The notes beneath the pieces are model-generated. The model was given only the letters and a program-made list of their open reading frames with translations. It was not told where the DNA came from and made no database searches. From positions 1-46,965 of the forward strand of contig CALHXU010000205.1 in assembly GCA_938040365.1 (NCBI GenBank): 46,965 nt of DNA. Reading direction: 5' to 3'. Made by a program: the position numbers and the translations under genes. The stretch comes from an uncultured Acidimicrobiales bacterium. Its GTDB lineage: Bacteria; Actinomycetota; Acidimicrobiia; Acidimicrobiales; SHLQ01. Positions 37,669 to 46,767 of this stretch are shown one piece after another; position 1 is the stretch's first letter, and each line of letters starts with the position of its first letter.

Positions 37669-37673
37669 GCGAC

Positions 37674-39029
37674 CTACAGCTCGGGGTCGGTGCAGTCATG
37701 GAAGCCGCCGGTGCCGTTCGATGAGCCGTCGACGAAGTCGTCGAGGTAGCCATAGCCAACGTCGGCCGATGTGCGCCAGCGGATCATTGCGTCGGCGATT
37801 GCCTTGCCATGGGACCATTGGAACTCGTTCGTGACGAAGAGGTCGGCTTCTGATGGATTGCTCATGTAACCAGCTTCGGTAATGACCGATGGAATTCCAG
37901 GGGTGAACCGGTGGATGCCGTAGAGGTCGGCGCCTGATTCGTTGAGACGAGTGCCGACACCGTTGCGCCATCCGCCTACCCAATCGGCCTCATAGCCAGA
38001 GAAGTGGTCGATCATCTCTTCGAACATCAGCCCGCCGAGGCGTCGTGCCTCGGGGTTGCCACCGTCGACGAAGAGCTCGCTGCCGGGCGTGTCCTGGAAC
38101 CGTGTTGCTCCGCCGTTGTGGTGAATCGATACAAATGCGTCCGGCTGAATTGCGACAGCGATTGCGGCTCGTGTCCGCAACGGCAGGCGGATGTCGGTTG
38201 TCCGAGTTTGCAGGACCGTATAACCGGCCTCCACGAGGTACCACTCGACAATCTGCGCGACACGAAGATTGAGGTCTTTTTCGGTGACACCGTTGTAGGC
38301 AACCGCTCCAGGTTCTGAACCACCGTGGCCAGCATCGAGTACGAAGTCCACATGGGGAACGTGGGTGCCGTTCGTGATGGTCACCTCATTTCCACACGGC
38401 GTCGCCGCACGGAAACCGCCGTTTGCACCGGGTGCAATAATTGGCAACACCACACCGCGCGGACTGATGACCACGCCAGTGCTTCCCGCAGGCGGAGCCG
38501 GTGCTGCAGTGGTGGTTGTCGTTGGTGCTGCGGTGGTCGTGGTGGTGGTTGTCGTCGGTGCAACCGTCGTTGTTTCAGCAGCAGTAACGACGGTGGTCTC
38601 GGTCTCTGCCGGTGGAGCGACAGGTGCTGGCTGCGGTTCAATCGAGAGCGATCGGTCGGTAGAAATCGACGCTGGTTCAATCTCGATCTTTTTGATCAGG
38701 TCGTCGAGCACTGCGGCTGTCTGCACCTCGCCGAGGACCTCGGCGAACACGACATCACCAGCGGGCTCGATTGGTGACACTACGGCGCGACTCAGCGTGC
38801 CATTGCCGGAGGCTTGGATGCTCGTAGAGGTAGCCGCTTGCTCAGTAGCAACGACGTTGGTGCGATCCTCAGCGGGCGCTCCAACATCTTGGCCATCGCC
38901 AACAATGGCGAGGCGGTCGCCAGCGGTCTGTGGAATAAGAGAAGACTCGGTTTCGCCGATCGGGGGAAGAGCGAGCAACGCAGCAATGACTAACAGCGTG
39001 CCAATGGCTGCGGTGAAGATATAACGCAC
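37674..39029 (-). CDS. N-acetylmuramoyl-L-alanine amidase (Amidase_3) with Thr/Pro-rich linker
   Basis: LDAGHGG, EKDLNL, FVSIHHN, ITEAGYMSN; N-terminal signal/TM; GGAGG RBS. Confidence 0.92.
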   Translation of the reverse strand: MRYIFTAAIGTLLVIAALLALPPIGETESSLIPQTAGDRLAIVGDGQDVGAPAEDRTNVVATEQAATSTSIQASGNGTLSRAVVSPIEPAGDVVFAEVLGEVQTAAVLDDLIKKIEIEPASISTDRSLSIEPQPAPVAPPAETETTVVTAAETTTVAPTTTTTTTTAAPTTTTTAAPAPPAGSTGVVISPRGVVLPIIAPGANGGFRAATPCGNEVTITNGTHVPHVDFVLDAGHGGSEPGAVAYNGVTEKDLNLRVAQIVEWYLVEAGYTVLQTRTTDIRLPLRTRAAIAVAIQPDAFVSIHHNGGATRFQDTPGSELFVDGGNPEARRLGGLMFEEMIDHFSGYEADWVGGWRNGVGTRLNESGADLYGIHRFTPGIPSVITEAGYMSNPSEADLFVTNEFQWSHGKAIADAMIRWRTSADVGYGYLDDFVDGSSNGTGGFHDCTDPEL

Positions 39030-39202
39030 GGGACCTCCGCACCCTAAAGGGTGCTTACAAGGGTCAGGTCACCAGAAATGACCTAACAGAGAACAAACAC
39101 ATGCCCCTGCTCCGCTTGGAAAGTGTAGGTGAAGGCCAACCACTAAGTGTTGGACCAAACAAATTTGATCTCGGCCGATCGAGGATTGGTTGGCGCGCTT
39201 GG

Positions 39203-40204
39203 CTAGTCGCCAGCTCCGGAACCACGAGTTGAATCCCACGCTGTTCCCGAGTTGTCGCGTGTAAAAGGCTCACTCGGCGGCGTGCGACCGGACAATTCGG
39301 CATCGATTACGTCGAGTTTCCAACGCGCTTTCGAGATATCGATGCGAAGATCAGCGACCTCATGCCCAGTCTTTGCGCCCTCAGCTTTCTCGAGCACCTC
39401 TCGGTACGTCGACGACGCATCGACGAAACGGTCCTTGAGTTTGCGGTCGTCAGCGAGCGTTACACGCGGATCGAGGTCCAAGATCAGGTCGCTCATCGCC
39501 TGCAATTGCTCTTTTGTGTCGTCTCGAGCACCGGCAGTAGTCACTGTGCGCCGGGCCTTTTTGTTTCGCGCCGATATGACCGACGCAAGCGCGAGCGCTC
39601 CGGCGACGATCGCCAAAATAATGAGTATCCGCATACCGGCAAAGATACCGGTTTCTGGGTTACTCGTGACGTCCGCTTCGTCGGTGGTGTCAGCGAGCGC
39701 AGACTCTGGGACCGGAGCAAAGTTGTCACCAAGGAGTAGCAGCTCTGTCGCGGCCCGAGAGAAATCGGCCGGTGCTGATGACCGGTCGAAGTCGGCGAGG
39801 ACCTGACCAATGTTGAAGAACGGGAAGGTGTTGGTCGCTCCACCTACCTGGTCGCCCGTGACGAAAAGGAGTGTCTGTGGACCGCCTTGGGTTGCGAGAA
39901 GGTCGAGCGTCGCCTGCGATATAAGACCAGCGGGGTTCTGACCCGGGTCCTGGGTTACCTCAAACGAACGATCCGTAAACGCAAAACCGAACTCGTCACC
40001 GAACTCGGCTACGAGCGAATCCATCTCGTCCGAGGACAGCGTTCCCGACTCATCCCACCAACCATCTTCGAGGATGGCCTCGGCCATGACCGCCTGGAGC
40101 GAGCGCTGCCCTGAACCGTCGTCTTGGGCTGACAGCGATCCCCCGTTGACGAAGACGACGAGGACGGCGAGAAGCGTTGTGACCAGTACGCGATACCGCG
40201 TCAC
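39203..40204 (-). CDS. Hypothetical membrane protein (signal peptide, extracellular domain, TM, cytoplasmic helical domain)
   Basis: Two hydrophobic segments; GTGA overlap with AAA gene stop. Confidence 0.75.
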   Translation of the reverse strand: MTRYRVLVTTLLAVLVVFVNGGSLSAQDDGSGQRSLQAVMAEAILEDGWWDESGTLSSDEMDSLVAEFGDEFGFAFTDRSFEVTQDPGQNPAGLISQATLDLLATQGGPQTLLFVTGDQVGGATNTFPFFNIGQVLADFDRSSAPADFSRAATELLLLGDNFAPVPESALADTTDEADVTSNPETGIFAGMRILIILAIVAGALALASVISARNKKARRTVTTAGARDDTKEQLQAMSDLILDLDPRVTLADDRKLKDRFVDASSTYREVLEKAEGAKTGHEVADLRIDISKARWKLDVIDAELSGRTPPSEPFTRDNSGTAWDSTRGSGAGD

Positions 40205-41655
40205 TCCGCTTCCTCGGTCGCGGCTCCCGCTTCGACATCTTCGGGTACGGGTTGTTCTTCGACCAACTCGATCCCATCGATGTCGTCGCTCGTCAACGTC
40301 ATCAACTCGTCGTTGGTTGGATCGGCAATTTCGACCATACGCACGGCATGGCGCGAAACGGCGGCCTCGAAGAGGTTCCGGGCAGTGCGACCATTGCCGA
40401 AACCCTGTCCTCGGTCTTGGGTCGCGAAGAAGTCGAGCACCGATTGTTCGCCGCTCTCGTCGAGGTGGTACTCGGTACTCGCCGAGATCAAGCTGAAGAT
40501 CTTCAACAATTCGTCGTCGTCGTAGTCCTCAAAGCGAATCGTCCGTGGGAACCGAGATTTCATCCCTGGGTTGGCTTCGACGAGGTCGGCCATCTCGTTG
40601 GGGTAACCGGCGAGAATCACCACGACGCTGTCCCGCCGGTCTTCGACGAGCTTGACCATCGTGTCGATCGCTTCGCGACCAAAGTCCTTCTCGCCACCAC
40701 GTGTGAGCGAATACGCTTCATCGACCAGCAGGACGCCTTGATCGGCCCGGTCGAACAGTTCGTTGACCTTGGTCGCTGTCTGGCCAACAAACCCAGCAAC
40801 CATTCCCGATCGGTCGGTTTCGACGAGGTGCCCTTTGTCGACAACGCCAAGGCTGCGATAAATCTGGGCGAGCAGACGGGCTACGGTCGTCTTTCCCGTC
40901 CCGGGGTTCCCAACGAAGATCAAGTGCCGACTTGAGTCGGGCACGGGCAGGCCACGCTCCTCACGAAGCTTCTGCACCTTGAGTAGCGCAGCGACGAGCT
41001 TGACTTCTTCCTTGACCGATTCGAGTCCGATCAACTCGTCGAGTTCTTCGAGAAGCTCATCGAGGTCACGCTCGGGCGGAAGCTCTTGTTCAGCCGGCGC
41101 CTCGTGAGCAACTGGTGAACCACTCGTTGCGACCGACGCCCCCGACGCGACGTTTCCGGTCTTCATCGTGCGCAACATCATCGATCGGAACTGCTCGACG
41201 CCACTCAACTCGAAGCGGCTTGTGTAGTCGTCGAGGCCAATAGCGGTGTGTGCCATGCGAAGCGCCTGTTCGTAGTACACGCTCGAGTAGGCGGTGTGCG
41301 ACTGTTGGTCGACGGCGACGATCGAGTTAAAGAGCCCAGAAGGCTGGTTGAGCCACGAACGCTTTCCAGTGATCAGGCCCGCAGCTCGAACATCAGCAGG
41401 TTTGGTGTCCTCGGGCAAGAGATCGGGAAAGTGCTTTTCGAGCGCCACGATAAACGCTTCGAGTTCGAGGTCGGAGTGACTGTCATCGCAGTCGATGAAC
41501 GCCGCCGAACAGTTGAACGCGTCGAGTGCGAGGTCCTTTCGAAGCTGCTCAGGACTCCGACGAAGCGCAGTATCTGCAACTGGTTCGAGCGTGGCCATCA
41601 GTGAGTCGATGAAATTTTCGACCGTGTTGGCCAGTCCAAGATCTAGTTGTGCCAT
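40201..41655 (-). CDS. CbbX/SpoVK-type AAA+ ATPase with N-terminal helical domain
   Basis: LIGLESVKEEV, HLIFVGNPGTGKTTVAR, LLVDEAYSL, ILAGY, NPGMKSRF, GNGRTARN; start reset to ATG 41655 (TAAGAT -10 upstream, avoids overlap with ltaE). Confidence 0.9.
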   Translation of the reverse strand: MAQLDLGLANTVENFIDSLMATLEPVADTALRRSPEQLRKDLALDAFNCSAAFIDCDDSHSDLELEAFIVALEKHFPDLLPEDTKPADVRAAGLITGKRSWLNQPSGLFNSIVAVDQQSHTAYSSVYYEQALRMAHTAIGLDDYTSRFELSGVEQFRSMMLRTMKTGNVASGASVATSGSPVAHEAPAEQELPPERDLDELLEELDELIGLESVKEEVKLVAALLKVQKLREERGLPVPDSSRHLIFVGNPGTGKTTVARLLAQIYRSLGVVDKGHLVETDRSGMVAGFVGQTATKVNELFDRADQGVLLVDEAYSLTRGGEKDFGREAIDTMVKLVEDRRDSVVVILAGYPNEMADLVEANPGMKSRFPRTIRFEDYDDDELLKIFSLISASTEYHLDESGEQSVLDFFATQDRGQGFGNGRTARNLFEAAVSRHAVRMVEIADPTNDELMTLTSDDIDGIELVEEQPVPEDVEAGAATEEAE

Positions 41656-41719
41656 GACGATCATCTTATGTGCGAGCGCTCGGTGAGCAGGTGGTCGGAG
41701 GGGGTTAGCCTTGGGTCCC

Positions 41720-42706
41720 ATGATCGATCTACGTAGCGACACCGTGACCCGACCGGGAAGGCAGATGCGGGCAGTAATGGCCGAAGCCGAAGTCGGCGAT
41801 GACGTTTGGGGCGATGACCCAACGGTGACTGCACTCGAAGCAAAGACCGCCACGCTGTTGGGTTTCGATGCCGGGCTCTTTGTCCCATCGGGTACCCAAT
41901 CAAACCTGTGCGCAATGCTCTCGCACTGTGCTCGGGGTGACGAGTACATCGTTGGCCAGACCGCTCACACCTACAAGTATGAGGCGGGTGGGGCCGCTGT
42001 GCTCGGCAGTATCCAGCCACAGCCCATCGAGTTCAGTGAAGACGGCACACTCGACCTCGACGAAGTAGCGGCAAAGATCAAGGTGGACGACCCGCACTTT
42101 GCCCGCACGAAGCTCCTCTCGCTCGAAAACACCGTGCACGGCAAGGTCTTGCCGGTCGACTATTGCAACGACGCCCGCTCGTTGGCGAACGAGCATGGCC
42201 TGTCGTTGCACCTCGATGGTGCAAGAATTTGGAATGCCGCCGCCGCTCTTCGGGTACCCCCCGCTGAGGTCGCGGCCCCATTCGACAGCGTGTCGGTATG
42301 TCTTTCCAAGGGGCTCGGCGCTCCGGTGGGCTCGGTGCTCGTTGGGTCTCCAGCGTTTATTTCTGCGGCTCGGCGTTGGCGGAAGATGCTAGGCGGCGGA
42401 ATGCGCCAAGCCGGGCTTCTCGCCGCTGCCGGAATCTTTGCCCTTGACGAGCACCGCGACCGGGTCGTCGACGATCATGCGATGGCGAACCGCATTGGGG
42501 ACGTGCTTCGCACGATCGATGGAGCGACGGTGAGTGGCGTGCACACCAACATGGTCTTCTGCGACTTCGATAACCCAGACGAGGCGTCGACAAAGCTCGC
42601 CGCGGCGAACATTCTGGCTGCGGTTGGGCCCTACAACTCGCGATTCGTAACGCACCTCGACCTCCCCGAAGACACACCAGAACAGATAGCCGCAGCCCTC
42701 GGGTAG
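41720..42706 (+). CDS. ltaE: Low-specificity L-threonine aldolase
   Basis: MIDLRSDTVTRP, GDDVWGDDPTV, PSGTQSN, HLDGARIWNA, CLSKGLGAPVGS, GGGMRQAG. Confidence 0.95.
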   Translation: MIDLRSDTVTRPGRQMRAVMAEAEVGDDVWGDDPTVTALEAKTATLLGFDAGLFVPSGTQSNLCAMLSHCARGDEYIVGQTAHTYKYEAGGAAVLGSIQPQPIEFSEDGTLDLDEVAAKIKVDDPHFARTKLLSLENTVHGKVLPVDYCNDARSLANEHGLSLHLDGARIWNAAAALRVPPAEVAAPFDSVSVCLSKGLGAPVGSVLVGSPAFISAARRWRKMLGGGMRQAGLLAAAGIFALDEHRDRVVDDHAMANRIGDVLRTIDGATVSGVHTNMVFCDFDNPDEASTKLAAANILAAVGPYNSRFVTHLDLPEDTPEQIAAALG

Positions 42707-42768
42707 CCAACGATCTGTTCATCGTCGAGCGAACTCGTCATGTCAGTGCGCGCGGCTATGGTCTGACT

Positions 42769-43467
42769 ATCAACTCTCGTGCACCTTCCCCCGAGCTCGT
42801 CTATGCGCTCGATATCGAAACCGACACCACGGTCGATGGTCTCGATCCGCGCATTGCGCCAATCGTTGCGGTCGCAGTTTCTGGCCACGGCTGGACAAAG
42901 GTCTTCGATGGTGACGAGGCTGCCATGCTTCGCGACCTCGATATCTATCTTCGTGGTCTTGCACCTGGGGTCATTGTGACCTGGAACGGTGCCCGCTTCG
43001 ATCTACCGTTTTTGTCCGACCGCGCTCGAACGTGTGGGGTTCGCCTCGGACTCGAGTTGACCACCGATACCGCCTCGCGTTCACCCCATGCGCCGCTTCA
43101 CGGCCACGCGGGCGGTTACTTCGCGTCGTGGTTCGGGCATCGTCACCTCGACGCGTATCGGGTATACCGAGCCGACGTCGGCGCCATGTTGCACCTGCCA
43201 TGTGGGCTCAAATCGCTGGCGTCGTTTATGGGTTTTCGTCCAGTCGAAGTCGATCGAGACCAAATCCACAACCTCGATACTGGGCAGCTCCACGAGTACG
43301 TCGCCAGCGACGCGACGCTCACCCGCCTCCTCGCGTTGCGGCGGTGGCAAACGGCGAAGCATTCGATCGATCCAGTACTCGCCGAAGTGCACACCTCGGT
43401 CGAAGTCCTCGTGCTCGCAGGCCCCAACCTCGATGGCGAATCCGATGTTCAGCGGATCTCGGTGTAG
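42769..43467 (+). CDS. DEDD 3'-5' exonuclease / RNase H-like domain protein, non-canonical start
   Basis: Frame of ORF 42925 extends upstream through YALDIETD (ExoI); TWNGARFDLPFL (ExoII), HLDAY, YVASDA (ExoIII); no in-frame ATG/GTG/TTG before ExoI; ATC at 42769. Confidence 0.75.
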   Translation: MNSRAPSPELVYALDIETDTTVDGLDPRIAPIVAVAVSGHGWTKVFDGDEAAMLRDLDIYLRGLAPGVIVTWNGARFDLPFLSDRARTCGVRLGLELTTDTASRSPHAPLHGHAGGYFASWFGHRHLDAYRVYRADVGAMLHLPCGLKSLASFMGFRPVEVDRDQIHNLDTGQLHEYVASDATLTRLLALRRWQTAKHSIDPVLAEVHTSVEVLVLAGPNLDGESDVQRISV

Positions 43468-44447
43468 TTCGCCACTTGGTGGTGTGCCGTATCGAGGTAG
43501 ACCTTCGCTTCGGGTACACCTCCGAATCGTCCCCGACTCCAGCGGACTTCGATATGGCCTTCGATTGGTCGCCGCGCACCCTTAAGTTCGGCACGCCATC
43601 GCACCATGGGTTGTCCCATTGCATCGGCCCACACGTCGAACGAACGGATCGAGAACTGCCGGCGGAAGTCACTCGGCGTTCCGACCCTGAAGCGCAACGG
43701 CGTTCCATCCGAAGACGCGCCGAGTACGAAGTATGGGGCGGGTTGAAAGCGAAGGAGCCGCCACAACATCAACTCTTGATCTGCTTTGTCGGCCAGGTTG
43801 TCTTTCCAACGATGTGCGGTGGCAACCGAAACCGCGTTCACAAAGTCGCGGTACGGGCTCGTGAGCTCGTCAGGCCACGCGCCGCGAGTTGGAAGTATGT
43901 CCTTTAGTCGTTGACGAGACTCGCCATCGAGGCGCTCAACGCTGTCGGGCATGTCGTCGAGACCGGTGACGGTGACGCTTCGTCGGTAGAGGTCTTGGTA
44001 TGCCTCTGGGGCAATCTCGAGGAACCAGTCCGTGCGATCGCCTCGACGCTCGGCGAGGAGCCGATCAAAGACGTGGCCGGGTGAGACATTGAACAAGATG
44101 TCCGAGCCGTACTTGCAGCTGATGAGATAGACATGATCGACCCTCAAGTCAGCAGGTATCTGGTCATAACCAGGAGGTCGACCGGGGCCTTGCCATTCGA
44201 CTCGGTCAGGCACTCGACCGCGAAGGCCATCGGGTGATTCGAGGAAGCGGCGTCCGTGTTCCCACGCTTGATCGAACTCGGCTTCGGCGTCGCCTGCGGT
44301 TAGCTCGTCGTAGAGCAAGTCGTATTCGTCATCGCCAACATTGTGAAACCAGTCTGGCCGAACACCGAGCGCACGGTCGATGCTTGGAAAGCCAAGCATT
44401 GCAAGACCCGTGACGATCTCGGTGATCTTCGTTCTCGACGATGCCAT
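43449..44447 (-). CDS. Hypothetical protein, PD-(D/E)XK restriction-endonuclease-like
   Basis: PADLRVDHVYLISCKYGS resembles a PD..(D/E/S)xK core; in operon with DNA MTase. Confidence 0.55.
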   Translation of the reverse strand: MASSRTKITEIVTGLAMLGFPSIDRALGVRPDWFHNVGDDEYDLLYDELTAGDAEAEFDQAWEHGRRFLESPDGLRGRVPDRVEWQGPGRPPGYDQIPADLRVDHVYLISCKYGSDILFNVSPGHVFDRLLAERRGDRTDWFLEIAPEAYQDLYRRSVTVTGLDDMPDSVERLDGESRQRLKDILPTRGAWPDELTSPYRDFVNAVSVATAHRWKDNLADKADQELMLWRLLRFQPAPYFVLGASSDGTPLRFRVGTPSDFRRQFSIRSFDVWADAMGQPMVRWRAELKGARRPIEGHIEVRWSRGRFGGVPEAKVYLDTAHHQVANYTEIR

Positions 44448-44471
44448 TGCCCAGGTGCCCTCTGCCCGCCG

Positions 44472-44789
44472 CTACTCGCGAAACAGCGGAGCGAACTGCA
44501 GTTGCGCTCCGATGAGATCGCTCGGAAGGTCGTCCTCTGCATAGACGTGGAGCTGGGTGTAGACATCGATGCCGGTGTTGGTGGTGTCGATCCACTCGAC
44601 GACGGCGTCGGCCCACCGCTCGTCCAAGAGTGCTTTACACATCCGTTCGCGCGAGTTCGGATCGAGGTCGTTAGGGACCGACCGTGCAACGACTTCTAGG
44701 GCTAAGAGGCGTTGGAGAATCTCGATCGACTCGGCCGCATAGACCGTCGGTGGGTCGTCTCGAACCACCGCGTAGGCAACCCCGCTCAT
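44472..44789 (-). CDS. Small hypothetical protein in MTase operon
   Basis: ATGA overlap with MTase stop; 105 aa acidic. Confidence 0.75.
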   Translation of the reverse strand: MSGVAYAVVRDDPPTVYAAESIEILQRLLALEVVARSVPNDLDPNSRERMCKALLDERWADAVVEWIDTTNTGIDVYTQLHVYAEDDLPSDLIGAQLQFAPLFRE

Positions 44790-46486
44790 GCGCCTCGGGA
44801 ATGGAAACGCTCGGCAATGTCTTGAGCACTCCAGTAGCCGGGAAGCGGCTCGGCAGCACCTTGTTGGGCGTAGCTGTGCAAGCGAGCAACGCCTGCGGTG
44901 TTGGTCTCGCCAAGGTCGAGGCCATCGCCTGGATCGTCGAAGATTTCGATGGCATCAAAGAGCGCCCATGGGCCCACCGCGCGCATTGCACGATCGCCCT
45001 CTGAACTCTTTCGTGGGAGGTGCGAGGTAAGCACGAGCAACCGAGTATCGGGATGGGTGGTCTTGAGCACGTTGGCTCGACCGAGCATCTTCCACAGCGT
45101 GTCGGTTCGCATGAGGCCTGGTCGACTGCTCGTGAACGCTCCCGACATGTCGACGTAGTAGCGGTACTCGCCATCCTTGTCGGTGATCTCAAAGTTGAGT
45201 TGCAGTCCGGTGCCTTTGACCTTTACCTTCTCGCCGATGATTTCGAATCCGGCGTCGAGCAACACCTCCTTTGCGAGGTCCTGTGCCTTCTTGCCTTCTT
45301 TCGTGGCGCGGGCTTGGAAGTGCTCGACTCGTTCGTCAAGGTTTTCGGGGACTTGTAGTGTTGGCAATGGTTCATCTCCTGCTGATACGACAGGCCGGTA
45401 GCGTCGCCGTGCCTGTTCTGCTGCGACCCGTTCACGGGCCAGACTCACATAGTCGGGGTCGAGGTCGAAGCCAACGCCGATGCGAGCGGTGCGCTCGGCT
45501 GCGACGACGGTAGAACCCGATCCAAGGAAGGGGTCGAGGACGACGTCGCCCTCGAAGGTGTAGAGATCGATAAGTCGACGGGGAAGCTCGACTGGGAACG
45601 GTGCGGGGTGTCCGACGCGGCGAGCCGACTCGGGGTCGATTCGCCACACGTCGAGGGTTGCTTCCATGAACTCATCGGCGCTCACGCTGCTGCGGTGCGG
45701 CAGGCCCGCTGTCTCGCGCTTTGCGGGCTTTTGGGCTCGGTCGAATCGACCCTTGCTCGCAATGATCACCCGTTCGGTAATGTCGCGAAGGACGGGATTT
45801 GTTGCGGAACGGTACGAGCCCCATGCGAGCGAACCTGAGGCGCCTTCGGCCTTGTGCCAGATGATCTCACCACGTAGCAACATGCCGAGGTCGTCTTGGA
45901 GGATGTTGATGACGTCGGCCGACAGGCTTCGATATGGCTTACGGCCAAGGTTGGCAACGTTGACGGCGATGCGGCCACCCGGCTCAAGCACTCGCAGACA
46001 CTCGCTGAAGACATCTCGCAACATCTGAAGGTAGTCGAGGTAGGTCTTTGGGATTTCGGGGCGATCACCGGCGACTGCTTGTTCGTATTCTTTGCCGACA
46101 AAATACGGCGGGGAGGTAACGACGAGCGCTACCGAATTGTCGGGGATCACATCCATGTGGCGGGCATCGCCATTGACACACCAGTCGTCGAGGTTGAGCG
46201 TCGACAACTCGGGCAACTGGTTCACGGTGTCATCGCTCGATACAACCGGTGGCGAGAATCGGGCGTAGAACTCGCTCGCGTCGTGGCTCTCACGGCGGCC
46301 AGCACCAAAAGCTTGGGTCGCAGTGGCGCCTCGACGCTGAGTATTCGTTGGAGCATCTGCTCCGTTTTTCGGAGCGGTATCTCCGTTGATCGGAGCGGTA
46401 GTCGTATTGGTTGTTTGAGCGATGGGTTCCACGGATGGAGCCTTTCGGAGGTAGGGACGTAATTTTGGATGGTCCTCTGGCGTCAT
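44786..46486 (-). CDS. Site-specific DNA methyltransferase (N4-C/N6-A, beta class) fused to C-terminal nuclease-fold-like domain
   Basis: VTSPPY (motif IV) precedes HPAPFP and VLDPFLGSGST (motif I); extra ~190-aa C-terminal domain; start set at ATG 46486 (GGAG SD), ORF track gives 46534. Confidence 0.88.
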   Translation of the reverse strand: MTPEDHPKLRPYLRKAPSVEPIAQTTNTTTAPINGDTAPKNGADAPTNTQRRGATATQAFGAGRRESHDASEFYARFSPPVVSSDDTVNQLPELSTLNLDDWCVNGDARHMDVIPDNSVALVVTSPPYFVGKEYEQAVAGDRPEIPKTYLDYLQMLRDVFSECLRVLEPGGRIAVNVANLGRKPYRSLSADVINILQDDLGMLLRGEIIWHKAEGASGSLAWGSYRSATNPVLRDITERVIIASKGRFDRAQKPAKRETAGLPHRSSVSADEFMEATLDVWRIDPESARRVGHPAPFPVELPRRLIDLYTFEGDVVLDPFLGSGSTVVAAERTARIGVGFDLDPDYVSLARERVAAEQARRRYRPVVSAGDEPLPTLQVPENLDERVEHFQARATKEGKKAQDLAKEVLLDAGFEIIGEKVKVKGTGLQLNFEITDKDGEYRYYVDMSGAFTSSRPGLMRTDTLWKMLGRANVLKTTHPDTRLLVLTSHLPRKSSEGDRAMRAVGPWALFDAIEIFDDPGDGLDLGETNTAGVARLHSYAQQGAAEPLPGYWSAQDIAERFHSRGA

Positions 46487-46601
46487 AGCCAGTCTCCGAC
46501 CGCTCGGCGACCATGCTACGAACTTGTAGACCACAACCTAGGGATGGGGTCTGACAGTGTCGCTGTCGTTCGTCGCTTCTGGGGAAGCTCCTCACTTACC
46601 G

Positions 46602-46767
46602 CCTTTTCTCCGCTCCGCTCCGAAAACGCTCTGGCGTTTGAAAAATCAATCGCCTGAGGCGGCGTTCGTTTTCTTGCCACGCCTCAGCGTTTTTCTTGGA
46701 GCCAAGCGAAAGAAAAAGACTCAACGTCGCAAACCAACCTTTTCTCCGCTCCGCTCCGAAAACGCTC
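46602..46767. repeat. 30-bp direct repeat pair flanking a hairpin and a degenerate inverted copy (BIME/REP-like)
   Basis: CCTTTTCTCCGCTCCGCTCCGAAAACGCTC at 46602-46631 and 46738-46767; CTGAGGCG...CGCCTCAG stem between them. Confidence 0.85.

Noticed and set aside
40201-41655. EccA/type VII secretion or CbbX Rubisco activase
   Set aside because: No TPR N-domain, and no ecc/esx or rbc genes in the window
41656-41949. N-terminal 98-aa extension of the AAA ATPase ORF
   Set aside because: Overlaps divergent ltaE; a better start with a -10 element exists at 41655
46602-46767. 30-bp direct repeats as a mini-CRISPR
   Set aside because: Only two copies, a 106-bp structured intervening sequence and no cas genes in the window
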